From NCBI GenBank assembly GCA_030749435.1, contig JASMKH010000011.1:3325-67324 (forward strand): 64,000 bases of DNA. Reading direction: 5' to 3'. Of this stretch, positions 19,480-28,238 are shown in pieces. The DNA is from Phycisphaerales bacterium (GTDB taxonomy: Bacteria > Planctomycetota > Phycisphaerae > Phycisphaerales > SM1A02). The position numbers and the translations under genes are program-made. Numbering within the stretch: position 1 is the stretch's first letter; the number at the start of each line of letters is the position of its first letter. The notes under the pieces are model-generated. The model did no database searches, was not told where the DNA came from, and saw only the letters and a program-made list of their open reading frames with translations.

Positions 19480-20489
19480 CTCGAGGGGAGTCGCGGCGCG
19501 TACTGGCGCTGCTGCTCGTGGCGACCGTGTTCGTCGGCCTCATCCGCATGCTGCTTGACCGGGATCCATTGGCCGGTGGGCTCGGGCTGGCGTGGCCGGA
19601 CGCTCAGTGGCGGGCGTTTCGGATGACGGCCACCGCCACGGCCCTGCTGACCGGTGCCATGCTGGGGGTGGCTGGGATGCTTCTGCAGGCGGCGCTTCGC
19701 AATCCACTGGCCTCACCGTCGGTGCTCGGAGTGAGCAGCGGCGCGGGGTTGGGGGTGATGGCCGCGCTCTTCGCCTCGTACCACCTTGGCGTGGGCGCCC
19801 CTCCCTGGAGCGTTCCGGCGTTGGCAGGCGCGGCGACGGCCGTGCTGGTGGTGGTGTTGCTGGGGCGGCGGCATGGATGGCCGGATCCCGTGTCCACGAT
19901 TCTCGCTGGCGTGATCGTCGCAACGATGTGCGGCGCGGGCATGGTGCTGCTGCAGGGGCTGGTTCCGGACGGACTTCGTGGTCGCTTCCTTGCGTGGGCG
20001 CTTGGCACGGTGCCCGAACTTGTTCCACGCGGGGCAATCCCCGCGATGGCGGCGCTGCTGGGCGTTGGCGCACTGTGGAGCTGGATCAATCACGGCCGGC
20101 TTGATGCGCTTCTGCTGGACCACGCCAGCGCCGAAGCGATCGGCGCCCGGCCAGGTCCGGCGCGGCTCGGATGCCTGGTTCTCGCGGGCATTCTCACCGC
20201 GGTGACGGTCGCCATCTGTGGTCCGCTCGGATTCGTCGGGCTGGTGGCGCCGCACGTAGCGAGGCTGATGGTCGGTCCCGCGCACCGCACGCTCCTGCCA
20301 GCGACCCTGCTGTGCGGCGCGATGCTCGTGTGCGGCGCCGATGTGCTGCGGCAGGCGATCGACCTCGGCTCCGGGCGGTTGCCAGTCGGTGTGTTGACGA
20401 CGCTCGGAGGGGGCCCCCTGTTCCTGTGGCTGCTTCGCCGGGGCGCCGGATCTGACTGGAGGGGGGGCCGCGACGTTGCTTCAATGTGA
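19476..20489 (+). CDS. FecCD/BtuC-family ABC importer permease (iron-siderophore/cobalamin type)
   Basis: LRNPLASPSVLGVSSGAGLG and multiple TM helices. GTG 19476 overlaps the upstream stop (GTGA); ORF track start 19425 is the alternative. Confidence 0.82.
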   Translation: MTRGESRRVLALLLVATVFVGLIRMLLDRDPLAGGLGLAWPDAQWRAFRMTATATALLTGAMLGVAGMLLQAALRNPLASPSVLGVSSGAGLGVMAALFASYHLGVGAPPWSVPALAGAATAVLVVVLLGRRHGWPDPVSTILAGVIVATMCGAGMVLLQGLVPDGLRGRFLAWALGTVPELVPRGAIPAMAALLGVGALWSWINHGRLDALLLDHASAEAIGARPGPARLGCLVLAGILTAVTVAICGPLGFVGLVAPHVARLMVGPAHRTLLPATLLCGAMLVCGADVLRQAIDLGSGRLPVGVLTTLGGGPLFLWLLRRGAGSDWRGGRDVASM

Positions 20490-21234
20490 TCACATCGAAG
20501 TCCGCCGCGGCGCTTTCACGCTTGGCCCCGTGACCTGCGAGGCGCCGCCCGCCGCCATCACGGCCGTGGTGGGGCCCAACGCAAGCGGGAAGACGACCTT
20601 GTTGCATGCTGCGGCTGGGATTCTCGCGCCAACTGCCGGGCGTGTGTTCTGCGGCGGAGTGAACATGGTGGACATGCCGACCTCAGCGCGAGCCGCATCC
20701 GTCGTGCTGCTCCCGCAGCGACCGGCAGCCGATCTCCCGCTGGCCGTGGAGCGGCTGGTGGAACTGGGCTGCCTGCGAAGGGAGGGCGGGGCCGCCGCTG
20801 CACTGGTTGCAGAGGCCATCGAGCGATTTGGCCTTGAGGACCTGCGCGACCGTCCCGTCGCGTCGCTCTCGGCTGGTCAGGCGCAGCGAGCGCATCTGGC
20901 CCGGGTCTGGTCACAGCGCAGCAGCAACGCGGTGTTGGTCCTGGATGAGCCGACCGCGCCGCTCGATCATCGATGGGCCGGTCGGGTCTGGGCGATGCTT
21001 CACGAGCATGCCGGGGCGGGAGGGAGCGTGCTGGTGGCGGTCCACGACCTCGCGGTCGCCGCAGACGCTGCCGACGAGGCCTGGCTGCTTCGCGATGGAA
21101 CACTTGCCGCGTCCGGCCCGGGCGAGGCTGTGCTGCAACCCGAGCGGCTCGAGGAGGCATTTGAAGCCGGTTTCGAGTGGGCACCGCGGGGCGATGGCAG
21201 TCGCTGGCTGGTGCCGAGCACTTCCTCGGTCTGA
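20476..21234 (+). CDS. ABC transporter ATP-binding protein (FecE/BtuD-like)
   Basis: Walker A GPNASGKTT, LSAGQAQR signature, Walker B LVLDEPTAPLD. TTG start overlaps the permease end by 14 nt, so the start is uncertain. Confidence 0.85.
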   Translation: MLQCDHIEVRRGAFTLGPVTCEAPPAAITAVVGPNASGKTTLLHAAAGILAPTAGRVFCGGVNMVDMPTSARAASVVLLPQRPAADLPLAVERLVELGCLRREGGAAAALVAEAIERFGLEDLRDRPVASLSAGQAQRAHLARVWSQRSSNAVLVLDEPTAPLDHRWAGRVWAMLHEHAGAGGSVLVAVHDLAVAADAADEAWLLRDGTLAASGPGEAVLQPERLEEAFEAGFEWAPRGDGSRWLVPSTSSV

Positions 21235-21271
21235 CCGCGAGTCCGGCGGTTCCGGCTACACTCTGCTCGCA

Positions 21272-21700
21272 ATGGATCTGGGCGACATCATCATCATCGG
21301 CGGAGTCTTGCTGTCGGGAATCTTCAGCGCGATTGGTGCCAAGAAGAAGAAGGCTGCGTCTGCAAAGATGCGCACCGCCCTGGGTGATCAAGCGCGTTCT
21401 CTCAAACGCGCGGCGCCGATCAATCCTGCGGCAGCCCCTCAAGTCGCGACGGGACTTCCGAAGTCCGTGAAGATGCCCGCTGCGAGCCAGCCACGCACAC
21501 CCCCGTCGCTGGCCGAAGAAGCCGGGGAGGTCGGTCGCCTGAATCCTGCAGTCCCCGAACCTGCGTACGCCGGCACGCCGGAGGGGACCCGGCGGCGGGC
21601 TCGGTGGACATGGAAGCAGGCGGTCATCGCTCAGACGCTCCTGGGCCCACCGCGGGCACTCGAGGGGTGGCCAGGCGAGCGGGAACGTCACGGCCACTGA
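21272..21700 (+). CDS. Small hypothetical membrane protein
   Basis: Internal ATG gives MDLGDIIIIGGVLLSGIFSAIG (TM) followed by a KKKK stop-transfer. The rest is low-complexity. The upstream part of ORF 20807..21700 overlaps the ABC ATPase out of frame. Confidence 0.5.
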   Translation: MDLGDIIIIGGVLLSGIFSAIGAKKKKAASAKMRTALGDQARSLKRAAPINPAAAPQVATGLPKSVKMPAASQPRTPPSLAEEAGEVGRLNPAVPEPAYAGTPEGTRRRARWTWKQAVIAQTLLGPPRALEGWPGERERHGH

Positions 21701-21771
21701 AAGCAACACGATCGGGAGCGATCGCTGCACGATGGCGGCGGATCGATAGAAGATCGCTATACTCCCGCCCC

Positions 21772-22932
21772 ATGACGGCAGTGCGTGAGATGACTATCGG
21801 GGCCGAGGACCTCGCCCGGATCGAGTCGAGGTTGACCTCGGTTCGACAGGCGTTGGACGCCAAGGGTGTCCCGTCGCTGCTCGTCAGCGGCGAGGAGGAC
21901 GTTCGGTTCCTGGCCGGCTGCTTCGGGCACGACACACGCGTGCTGGTGACCAGCAGCCGGGCCGTGATCATCTCCGACCGCCGATACGAGGAGTACCTCG
22001 CGCCGTGGCAGGAGTGCGGCGCCTGTGAGGTCGCCATCTTCAATCGACCAGGGCAACTCGACCACATCGCCTCGGTGCTCGCGGACGAGGGGCTCGACAC
22101 CCTTGGCGTGCAGGCTGCCCACTTGACCCTCGATGCCAAGGCATCTCTTGAGTCGTCCTTGGGGGCGATTGAACTCTGCCCTGTCCATGGGCTCATTGCG
22201 ACGCTCCGAATGCGGAAGTCTCCCGACGAGATTGAGGCAATCGAGCGGGCCATTGCGGTGCAGACGGCAGCTCTGGATGCCACGCTGCAGGACCTGCGAA
22301 TCGGAATGCGGGAGGGCCAGGTCGCGGCGCGGTTGATCTACGAGATGCGGGTCCGAGGCGCCGAGGGCGAGGCCTTCGAGCCGATCGTCGCCAGCGGTCC
22401 CAATGCCAGTGTGATTCACCATGTGCCGGGCCGCCATCCAATTTCGCCGGGCGTGCTGCTGATCGATTGGGGGGCCCGGGTCGATGGGCTCTGTAGCGAC
22501 CTGACCCGGACGTTCTTTCTGGGAACGCCGGACGATGAGATGCGCCGCATCTATTCGGTCGTCGCCGAGGCCGAGCGTGCTGCGATCGATGCGTGCCGTG
22601 CCGGCACGCCGACCTCCGAAGTCGACGCTGCAGCACGGGAGATCATCGCAGCGGCGGGGTGGGGACCGCAGTTCGCGCACAGTGTCGGCCACGGGCTCGG
22701 GCGAGACGTGCATGAACGGCCGTTTCTGGGACGAGATGGCGAGGCGACCGTGCTGGAGCCTGGCATGGTCGTGACGATCGAGCCGGGCATCTACATTCCG
22801 GGCCGGGGCGGCGTCAGAATTGAAGACGACATACTTGTGACCGAGGACGGGCCGCGTGTGCTGTCCGAGGCTCTTGACTCAAGCCTGGATGCGGCCCTCC
22901 GCCCCGTCCCGGAAGGAGATGAGGCGCGATGA
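21772..22932 (+). CDS. M24-family Xaa-Pro aminopeptidase/dipeptidase
   Basis: Creatinase-like N-domain. C-domain metal ligands are in context (LLIDWGARVDGLCSDLTRT, HSVGHGLG..VHE, VVTIEPGIY, GGVRIEDD). Confidence 0.88.
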   Translation: MTAVREMTIGAEDLARIESRLTSVRQALDAKGVPSLLVSGEEDVRFLAGCFGHDTRVLVTSSRAVIISDRRYEEYLAPWQECGACEVAIFNRPGQLDHIASVLADEGLDTLGVQAAHLTLDAKASLESSLGAIELCPVHGLIATLRMRKSPDEIEAIERAIAVQTAALDATLQDLRIGMREGQVAARLIYEMRVRGAEGEAFEPIVASGPNASVIHHVPGRHPISPGVLLIDWGARVDGLCSDLTRTFFLGTPDDEMRRIYSVVAEAERAAIDACRAGTPTSEVDAAAREIIAAAGWGPQFAHSVGHGLGRDVHERPFLGRDGEATVLEPGMVVTIEPGIYIPGRGGVRIEDDILVTEDGPRVLSEALDSSLDAALRPVPEGDEAR

Positions 22933-23420
22933 TCGACATCCGCAAACTCAAAGAACTGGTCAAGCTGATGGTGCAGAACGATCTCACCGAGATGGATCTG
23001 CGGGACAGTGAGGAGCAGGTCACCCTGCAGCGGCCCAATCAGTTGGCCGCGCCGCAGGTGCTGCAGGCAGCGCCGCCGCCATCTGTTGCAGTGCCGCCGC
23101 CAGCGGCGGCCCCAGCCGCCGCGTCTGCCCCTGCGCCGGCGGCACCACCGGCTGCGAATGCGTCCTCGGGGCGCGAGGGGCTCGTGGCGATCGAGAGCCC
23201 GATGGTGGGAACCTATTACTCGGCCTCGTCCCCGGACGCCGACCCGTTCATCACCGTGGGCAAGGACGTCGGAGATGGCAGCGTCGTCTGCCTCATCGAG
23301 GCCATGAAGATCTTCAACGAGATCAAGTCGGAAGTCACTGGGACTGTCGTACAGATCCTCGTCAGCAACGGCGACGCGGTCGAGTTCGGTCAGGAACTGG
23401 TGCTGGTCAGACCTGCTTGA
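22929..23420 (+). CDS. accB: Acetyl-CoA carboxylase biotin carboxyl carrier protein
   Basis: Ala/Pro linker plus the EAMKIFNEI biotinylation motif. ATGA overlap with the upstream stop. Confidence 0.92.
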   Translation: MIDIRKLKELVKLMVQNDLTEMDLRDSEEQVTLQRPNQLAAPQVLQAAPPPSVAVPPPAAAPAAASAPAPAAPPAANASSGREGLVAIESPMVGTYYSASSPDADPFITVGKDVGDGSVVCLIEAMKIFNEIKSEVTGTVVQILVSNGDAVEFGQELVLVRPA

Positions 23421-23430
23421 GGGAAACGGT

Positions 23431-24795
23431 ATGTTCGAACGAATACTGATCGCCAATCGTGGCGAGATCGCGCTGCGTATCATCCGCGCGGCCCGCGAAT
23501 TGGGATGCGAGACAGTCTGCGTGTTTTCCGAAGCAGACCGCAACGGGCCCTGGCTGGAGCAGGCCGATCAGGCCATCTGCATCGGTCCCGGGCCCTCGGC
23601 CGAGTCCTATCTGAGAATCGACCGCATCATCTCCGCCGCCGAAACCTCGCACGCCGATGCGATTCATCCGGGATACGGCTTCCTGGCGGAGAATGCCCCC
23701 TTCGCCGAGGTCTGCCGTGACTGCAATATCGAGTTCATCGGGCCGAGCCCCGAGGCCATGGCGTTGCTGGGCGACAAGATCTCCTGTAAGCGCATGGCCC
23801 GTGAAGCCGGGACGCCGATCTTCCCCGGAAGCGAAGAGGCGATTGAGGATCCGGACGAGGCGCTGCAGGTGGCCAGAGAAATCGGATTCCCGGTGATCGT
23901 CAAGGCCGCAGCCGGCGGTGGGGGCCGTGGCATGCGAATCGCCCGCAACAACGATGATCTCGTGGAAGGGCTCGCCTCCGCGGCTCAGGAGGCGGCCGCC
24001 GCATTTGGAAACGGCGCGGTCTACGTGGAGAAGTTCCTGGAGCATGCCCGCCACGTCGAGGTCCAGTGCCTAGGCGATAAGCACGGGAATGCGGTGCATC
24101 TCTACAACCGGGACTGCACATCGCAGCGGCGGCATCAGAAGCTGATCGAGGAGGCGCCCGCGCCGGGCGTGGATCCGGAGATCCGAGACCGCGTATGCGA
24201 GTCGGCCGCGGCGATGCTTCGGAACGCCCGCTACAGCGGCGCGGCAACGGTCGAGTTCCTGATGGATCGCGATCAGCACTTCTACATGCTCGAAGTCAAC
24301 ACCCGCGTGCAGGTGGAGCACCCCGTCACCGAGGCGGTGACGGGCGTCGACATTGTCAAGGAGTCCATTCGCGTCGCTGCCGGAGCGCCGCTCTCGGTTG
24401 AGCAGCATGACATTGAACTGCGTGGCCACGCTATCGAATGCCGTGTGAACGCGGAGGATCCGGACAGGGGCTTCATGCCCCAGCCCGGTCTGGTCGAGCA
24501 ATTCGCGATTCCCGGCGGGATGGGTGTGCGGGTTGATACGCATGTCCGGGCCGGGTACCGGATTCCGCCAAACTACGATTCCATGATCGGCAAGTTGATC
24601 GTCCACGCCGGAGATCGCACCGAGGCCATCGCCCGGATGGACTCCGCGATCGGCGAGTTTCAGATCGGGCCGATCAAGACAACCCTGCCGCTGCACAAGC
24701 GGCTCATCGCAGCGGCGCCATTCGTGGAACACGACTTTGACATCCACTGGGTCGAGCGGTTGCTCGAAGACGCGGCGCCGGTCGCGGCCGATTGA
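23431..24795 (+). CDS. accC: Acetyl-CoA carboxylase biotin carboxylase
   Basis: MFERILIANRGEIALRIIRA..., GGGGRGMRI, EVNTRVQVEHPVTE. Confidence 0.95.
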   Translation: MFERILIANRGEIALRIIRAARELGCETVCVFSEADRNGPWLEQADQAICIGPGPSAESYLRIDRIISAAETSHADAIHPGYGFLAENAPFAEVCRDCNIEFIGPSPEAMALLGDKISCKRMAREAGTPIFPGSEEAIEDPDEALQVAREIGFPVIVKAAAGGGGRGMRIARNNDDLVEGLASAAQEAAAAFGNGAVYVEKFLEHARHVEVQCLGDKHGNAVHLYNRDCTSQRRHQKLIEEAPAPGVDPEIRDRVCESAAAMLRNARYSGAATVEFLMDRDQHFYMLEVNTRVQVEHPVTEAVTGVDIVKESIRVAAGAPLSVEQHDIELRGHAIECRVNAEDPDRGFMPQPGLVEQFAIPGGMGVRVDTHVRAGYRIPPNYDSMIGKLIVHAGDRTEAIARMDSAIGEFQIGPIKTTLPLHKRLIAAAPFVEHDFDIHWVERLLEDAAPVAAD

Positions 24796-24800
24796 TGACT

Positions 24801-24833
24801 GCCGCCGCGATCAGCGATAGCGCGGCGGCTTTG
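24801..24833. terminator. Possible bidirectional hairpin terminator between accC and the convergent cvpA-like gene
   Basis: gccgccgcg (24801-09) pairs with cgcggcggc (24821-29) over an 11-nt loop, followed by TTTG. It overlaps the last codons of the minus-strand gene. Confidence 0.4.
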
Positions 24834-26556
24834 CGGTGATGTTCTCGAAGAACCCGATGCGTTCATCGTCGAGCATGAGCCGGTCAAGTGAAACGCCCAC
24901 AGGCACGACGAAGATCAACGCGAACTGATTTGAGTCGCTCTTCGGGCGGTGCCGGATGTCGCTCCATCGGGAGATCGGAACGTTGTAGGAGATCGTCGTC
25001 TTCGCGTCGTTCTTGAGTTCAAACCCGTAGGGCGAATACTCGCCCCCCTGGGTGTCAATGAGCCGGATTTCGCCGTCGCCGCCCATGCGCCGGGCGAGTT
25101 TGGCAATGTCGGCCGATGTCCCCGGCCCCACCTTGATCTTGATGATGGCTTTGCTGTCATCCAGCTCGCGCGCCTGCCCGCCGTCTACCCTCGAGACCAG
25201 GCGCTCAATGCCATATCCGGACACCTTGAGTTTGCCCTTGCCGCGGGACTTGTTGCCGACCTGAGTGGCCTCGGCCCGGAGAATGCGGTTGCCCTGTTCA
25301 GAGAATTGCGGGGATCCGCCTCGGAAGTCACTGATGCTCGGCCTGGCGCCTCGCGGCAGGCCCGCCTTCATGTCCACCAGGCTGGAGATGTCGCCACCCC
25401 ACAGTTCGCCCGCTTCAGAGCCAGCCCCGACGGCACCGGTGTGCAGGCAGAATTCCTCCCATGATTCGTCATCTCTGGCATCGGGAAGATCGAACCGTGT
25501 GCCGCGGATCTGAATGAACCTCGGTTCAAAGGAATCGTCCGGCGCGTCGAACAGCAGTTGAAACTCAGCGTCGTTGCGACTTGTGCCGTAGAAGTATGGA
25601 TTCTCGGTGGAGAACTCGAAGAAGGCCTTGGCCGGTACGTTGGTCCCGTCCTCAGGATGCCTGGAGTAGGTGAGTTGGGACCAGAACTTCGGGTACCGAA
25701 TCACCGTGCCCTCGTCAGAGTCGCCGACGAGTCGAACCTGCGGACCTCCAATCGCGATGCTCCGCCGGACATCCATACCCTTCTTTTCGAAGGCCAGCGG
25801 CACCATCCACCAGTGGACGTCGTCAACCCCGATCGAACGAAGCGGTGGTGATACGGTGACGGTGCCGGGCGCCTGAAAGAGCTGCGTGGCCACGTACGGG
25901 TCCTCGGACTGCAGCCGGGTTCGCAGCAGCGTCGCCTGCCGGTCCAGGTGAGGATTCCAGTCGGCCATCGGTTTGCCACCGATGTCCGGGTGCAGCGATC
26001 CGGTGCTGAAGCGTTGGAACATCGAGGCGGTGAGCGTGTCCACCGGAATCCACAACTGCTTGGGATACTTTGCGCTGTCCTTGTCGGTGTCGCCCCGGGC
26101 ATCCTCCGCGGCGCTGGCTGCCTCGTGCACGTTGCCGCCGGAGTCGACGCCCCACCCTGTATGCCCGAGCGCGCCCGCAGGGATGTCGATGAACCCGGTG
26201 CCGATGACGAGCATTCCGGCGGTCACGACGCCGGAGGCGGCGCCGAAGACGGCTCCGCCAGTGAGGTCGGCTGCCCGCGGAATGCGGGTGTTGCCTCCCG
26301 CAACTTTGTCGGTAATGCTCCGGAAGAGCAGCAGGGCCCCCAAGAAGAGCAGCAGCAGGACCGAGCCGGGGATCAGACCGTTCCACTTGGACGGGCCGAG
26401 CAGCATGTCGAATCCAAGCGGCTCCCACAAGGCAAAGGCCACCGCGGCAGCGCAGACCACGCAGATGAAGTGCAGCAGCGCGCTGAAGAAGCCCTGATTG
26501 GACCACCAGTAGGCGATGAGGGCAATGACCAGAATGACGGCAACATTGATGACCAT
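24811..26556 (-). CDS. CvpA-family membrane protein with a large uncharacterised C-terminal domain
   Basis: MVINVAVILVIALIAYWW..FFSALLHFICVV..ALWEPLG is the CvpA-type 4-TM N-domain. About 400 aa of unassigned sequence follows. Start at Met 26556. Confidence 0.75.
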   Translation of the reverse strand: MVINVAVILVIALIAYWWSNQGFFSALLHFICVVCAAAVAFALWEPLGFDMLLGPSKWNGLIPGSVLLLLFLGALLLFRSITDKVAGGNTRIPRAADLTGGAVFGAASGVVTAGMLVIGTGFIDIPAGALGHTGWGVDSGGNVHEAASAAEDARGDTDKDSAKYPKQLWIPVDTLTASMFQRFSTGSLHPDIGGKPMADWNPHLDRQATLLRTRLQSEDPYVATQLFQAPGTVTVSPPLRSIGVDDVHWWMVPLAFEKKGMDVRRSIAIGGPQVRLVGDSDEGTVIRYPKFWSQLTYSRHPEDGTNVPAKAFFEFSTENPYFYGTSRNDAEFQLLFDAPDDSFEPRFIQIRGTRFDLPDARDDESWEEFCLHTGAVGAGSEAGELWGGDISSLVDMKAGLPRGARPSISDFRGGSPQFSEQGNRILRAEATQVGNKSRGKGKLKVSGYGIERLVSRVDGGQARELDDSKAIIKIKVGPGTSADIAKLARRMGGDGEIRLIDTQGGEYSPYGFELKNDAKTTISYNVPISRWSDIRHRPKSDSNQFALIFVVPVGVSLDRLMLDDERIGFFENITAKPPRYR

Positions 26557-26575
26557 GGCAGTGCCTCCTCCGGTC

Positions 26576-28234
26576 TCAGGCCTTGGTGGCCGGTGTCGCT
26601 GCTGATCGGCTGCGACCACCGCCGCCGAGTACCCGTGAGACTTCTTCCACAGAGGTGATTCCCGCCGCCGCTCGCTGCAATCCGACCTCCTGCAGCAGCA
26701 GCATCTTCTTGCGGCGGGCGTGCACCATCGCGGCCTTGAGATCGCCCGCAGCCAGGATCTCTCGGCACTCCTCGTCTACCGGGAAGACTTCGAAGAGCCC
26801 GGTCACACCGGTGTACCCGGTGCCGTTGCAGGTGGGGCACTCCTCGACCCGATTGCGAACCTGAACCTGCCCGCTTGCCTTGTACAGGGTTGTGCCGTCC
26901 GGGAAACCGAGTTTGCCGGGCTCGGCGGGGGTGTAGGGCTGCTTGCAGTCAGGGCACAGCACACGGACGAGCCGCTGACAAACAACAGCGCGGAGGGGCT
27001 TGGTGGCCAGGTCGACGTCTCCGGACAACTGGCACCAGGTTCGAATAGCTGCGGCCGCGCTGTCGGCGTTGAAGACCAGATACTGAAGCACGCCGTCTCG
27101 ACCTGCCCGGCACGCAGTCTGCACAGTCTCGGCGTCGATTGCCTCGGTCACGACCACATCGGGGTCGCGACGCAGGATCGACTGCAGGCTGGTGGCGAAG
27201 TCGAGATTGGGATTGGACGGATCCCACAACACATGGTCGACGCCCTCGAGCTGCTTGAGCGTCTTGCGCTCGAGAATCTTGAGGTTGCTCGTGTACGCGT
27301 CATGCTGCCCAAGCAGCGAGATGGCGGTCGTGGAGAGCCCCTGCCCCTTCGGCGCGGTCAGGAGGACGATGCCGTGGCGATTCTGAGGACTCAGGAACGC
27401 GTCCAGTCGCTCCCGCTGCCTCGGCAGCAGGCCGAGCGCGTCGATGGGCATGACGATTCTCGCTTCCTCGTCGATGTCCACACGAACAAACTGCCCCTTC
27501 GAGGATCCCGTCACGGTCACCGTGAGGACGTGTCGATCAGTCGGGGTGGAGACCGTGAATCGCCCGTACTGCGCGCGGCGGGTATCCGCAAGGTCCATGC
27601 CCGCGATCTGCTTGATCATGTTGACGATGGAAGCGCCTTCGTCAGCCGGGAGCGGCTCCTGAGCAGTTCGCACCGAGTGCACTGTGACTCCAGACGCGAG
27701 GCCCTTGGCACCAAGCGCCAGGTCGATACGGCTGGCACCCTGCAGAAACGCCAGCGACAGGAGCCCATCCAGTTGCAGGTAGGCCTCCTGCAGCGGGTCC
27801 TCCTGATCTGGAACCGGGACCTCGCCACCGGCACCGTGAAACACGAGCGTCGCCCCCTTTGATCGTTGGCGCCGCTTCTTCTTCTCGGCCTGTCCTTCGC
27901 CCTTGGCGAACAGCTTGAACTTGCGCGACTCGGGGACCTCGGCGTTTCGAATCCGCCAGTAAACCAGGATGGGCACGAGCAGCACGGCGGTGCCGGCGAC
28001 CCACGAGATGTAGAAGATGCCGGCGAAGAGCATCACGCCGAACCCGACGATGCCTGCCCCGAGGTTGATGAAGTTCCACTTGACGGGATTGAGCCGAAGC
28101 ACTCGCGCATCGGAGTCGATGTGGTTGCCGACCAGCCACGCCCAGCCGAGGAAAGTCGCCCAGATCAGGACGGGCTTCCACGGGCTCAGGAGAAAGACGG
28201 ACGTCTGTGCGAGTTCAGTCATGGGGGATGTCAT
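26576..28234 (-). CDS. GspE/PilB-family ATPase homologue, membrane-anchored, with degenerate Walker A and His box (probable pseudo-ATPase)
   Basis: ATG 28234 lies 4 nt after the pilT stop. The N-terminus has TM helices (VFLLSPWKPVLIWATFLGWAWL; LGAGIVGFGVMLFAGIFYISWVAGTAVLLVPILVY). The core is GspE-like (RRDPDVVV, CPDC...CPTCNGTGYTG), but Walker A reads TAPKGQGLST with no Lys. Confidence 0.8.
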   Translation of the reverse strand: MTSPMTELAQTSVFLLSPWKPVLIWATFLGWAWLVGNHIDSDARVLRLNPVKWNFINLGAGIVGFGVMLFAGIFYISWVAGTAVLLVPILVYWRIRNAEVPESRKFKLFAKGEGQAEKKKRRQRSKGATLVFHGAGGEVPVPDQEDPLQEAYLQLDGLLSLAFLQGASRIDLALGAKGLASGVTVHSVRTAQEPLPADEGASIVNMIKQIAGMDLADTRRAQYGRFTVSTPTDRHVLTVTVTGSSKGQFVRVDIDEEARIVMPIDALGLLPRQRERLDAFLSPQNRHGIVLLTAPKGQGLSTTAISLLGQHDAYTSNLKILERKTLKQLEGVDHVLWDPSNPNLDFATSLQSILRRDPDVVVTEAIDAETVQTACRAGRDGVLQYLVFNADSAAAAIRTWCQLSGDVDLATKPLRAVVCQRLVRVLCPDCKQPYTPAEPGKLGFPDGTTLYKASGQVQVRNRVEECPTCNGTGYTGVTGLFEVFPVDEECREILAAGDLKAAMVHARRKKMLLLQEVGLQRAAAGITSVEEVSRVLGGGGRSRSAATPATKA

Positions 28235-28238
28235 GGGT

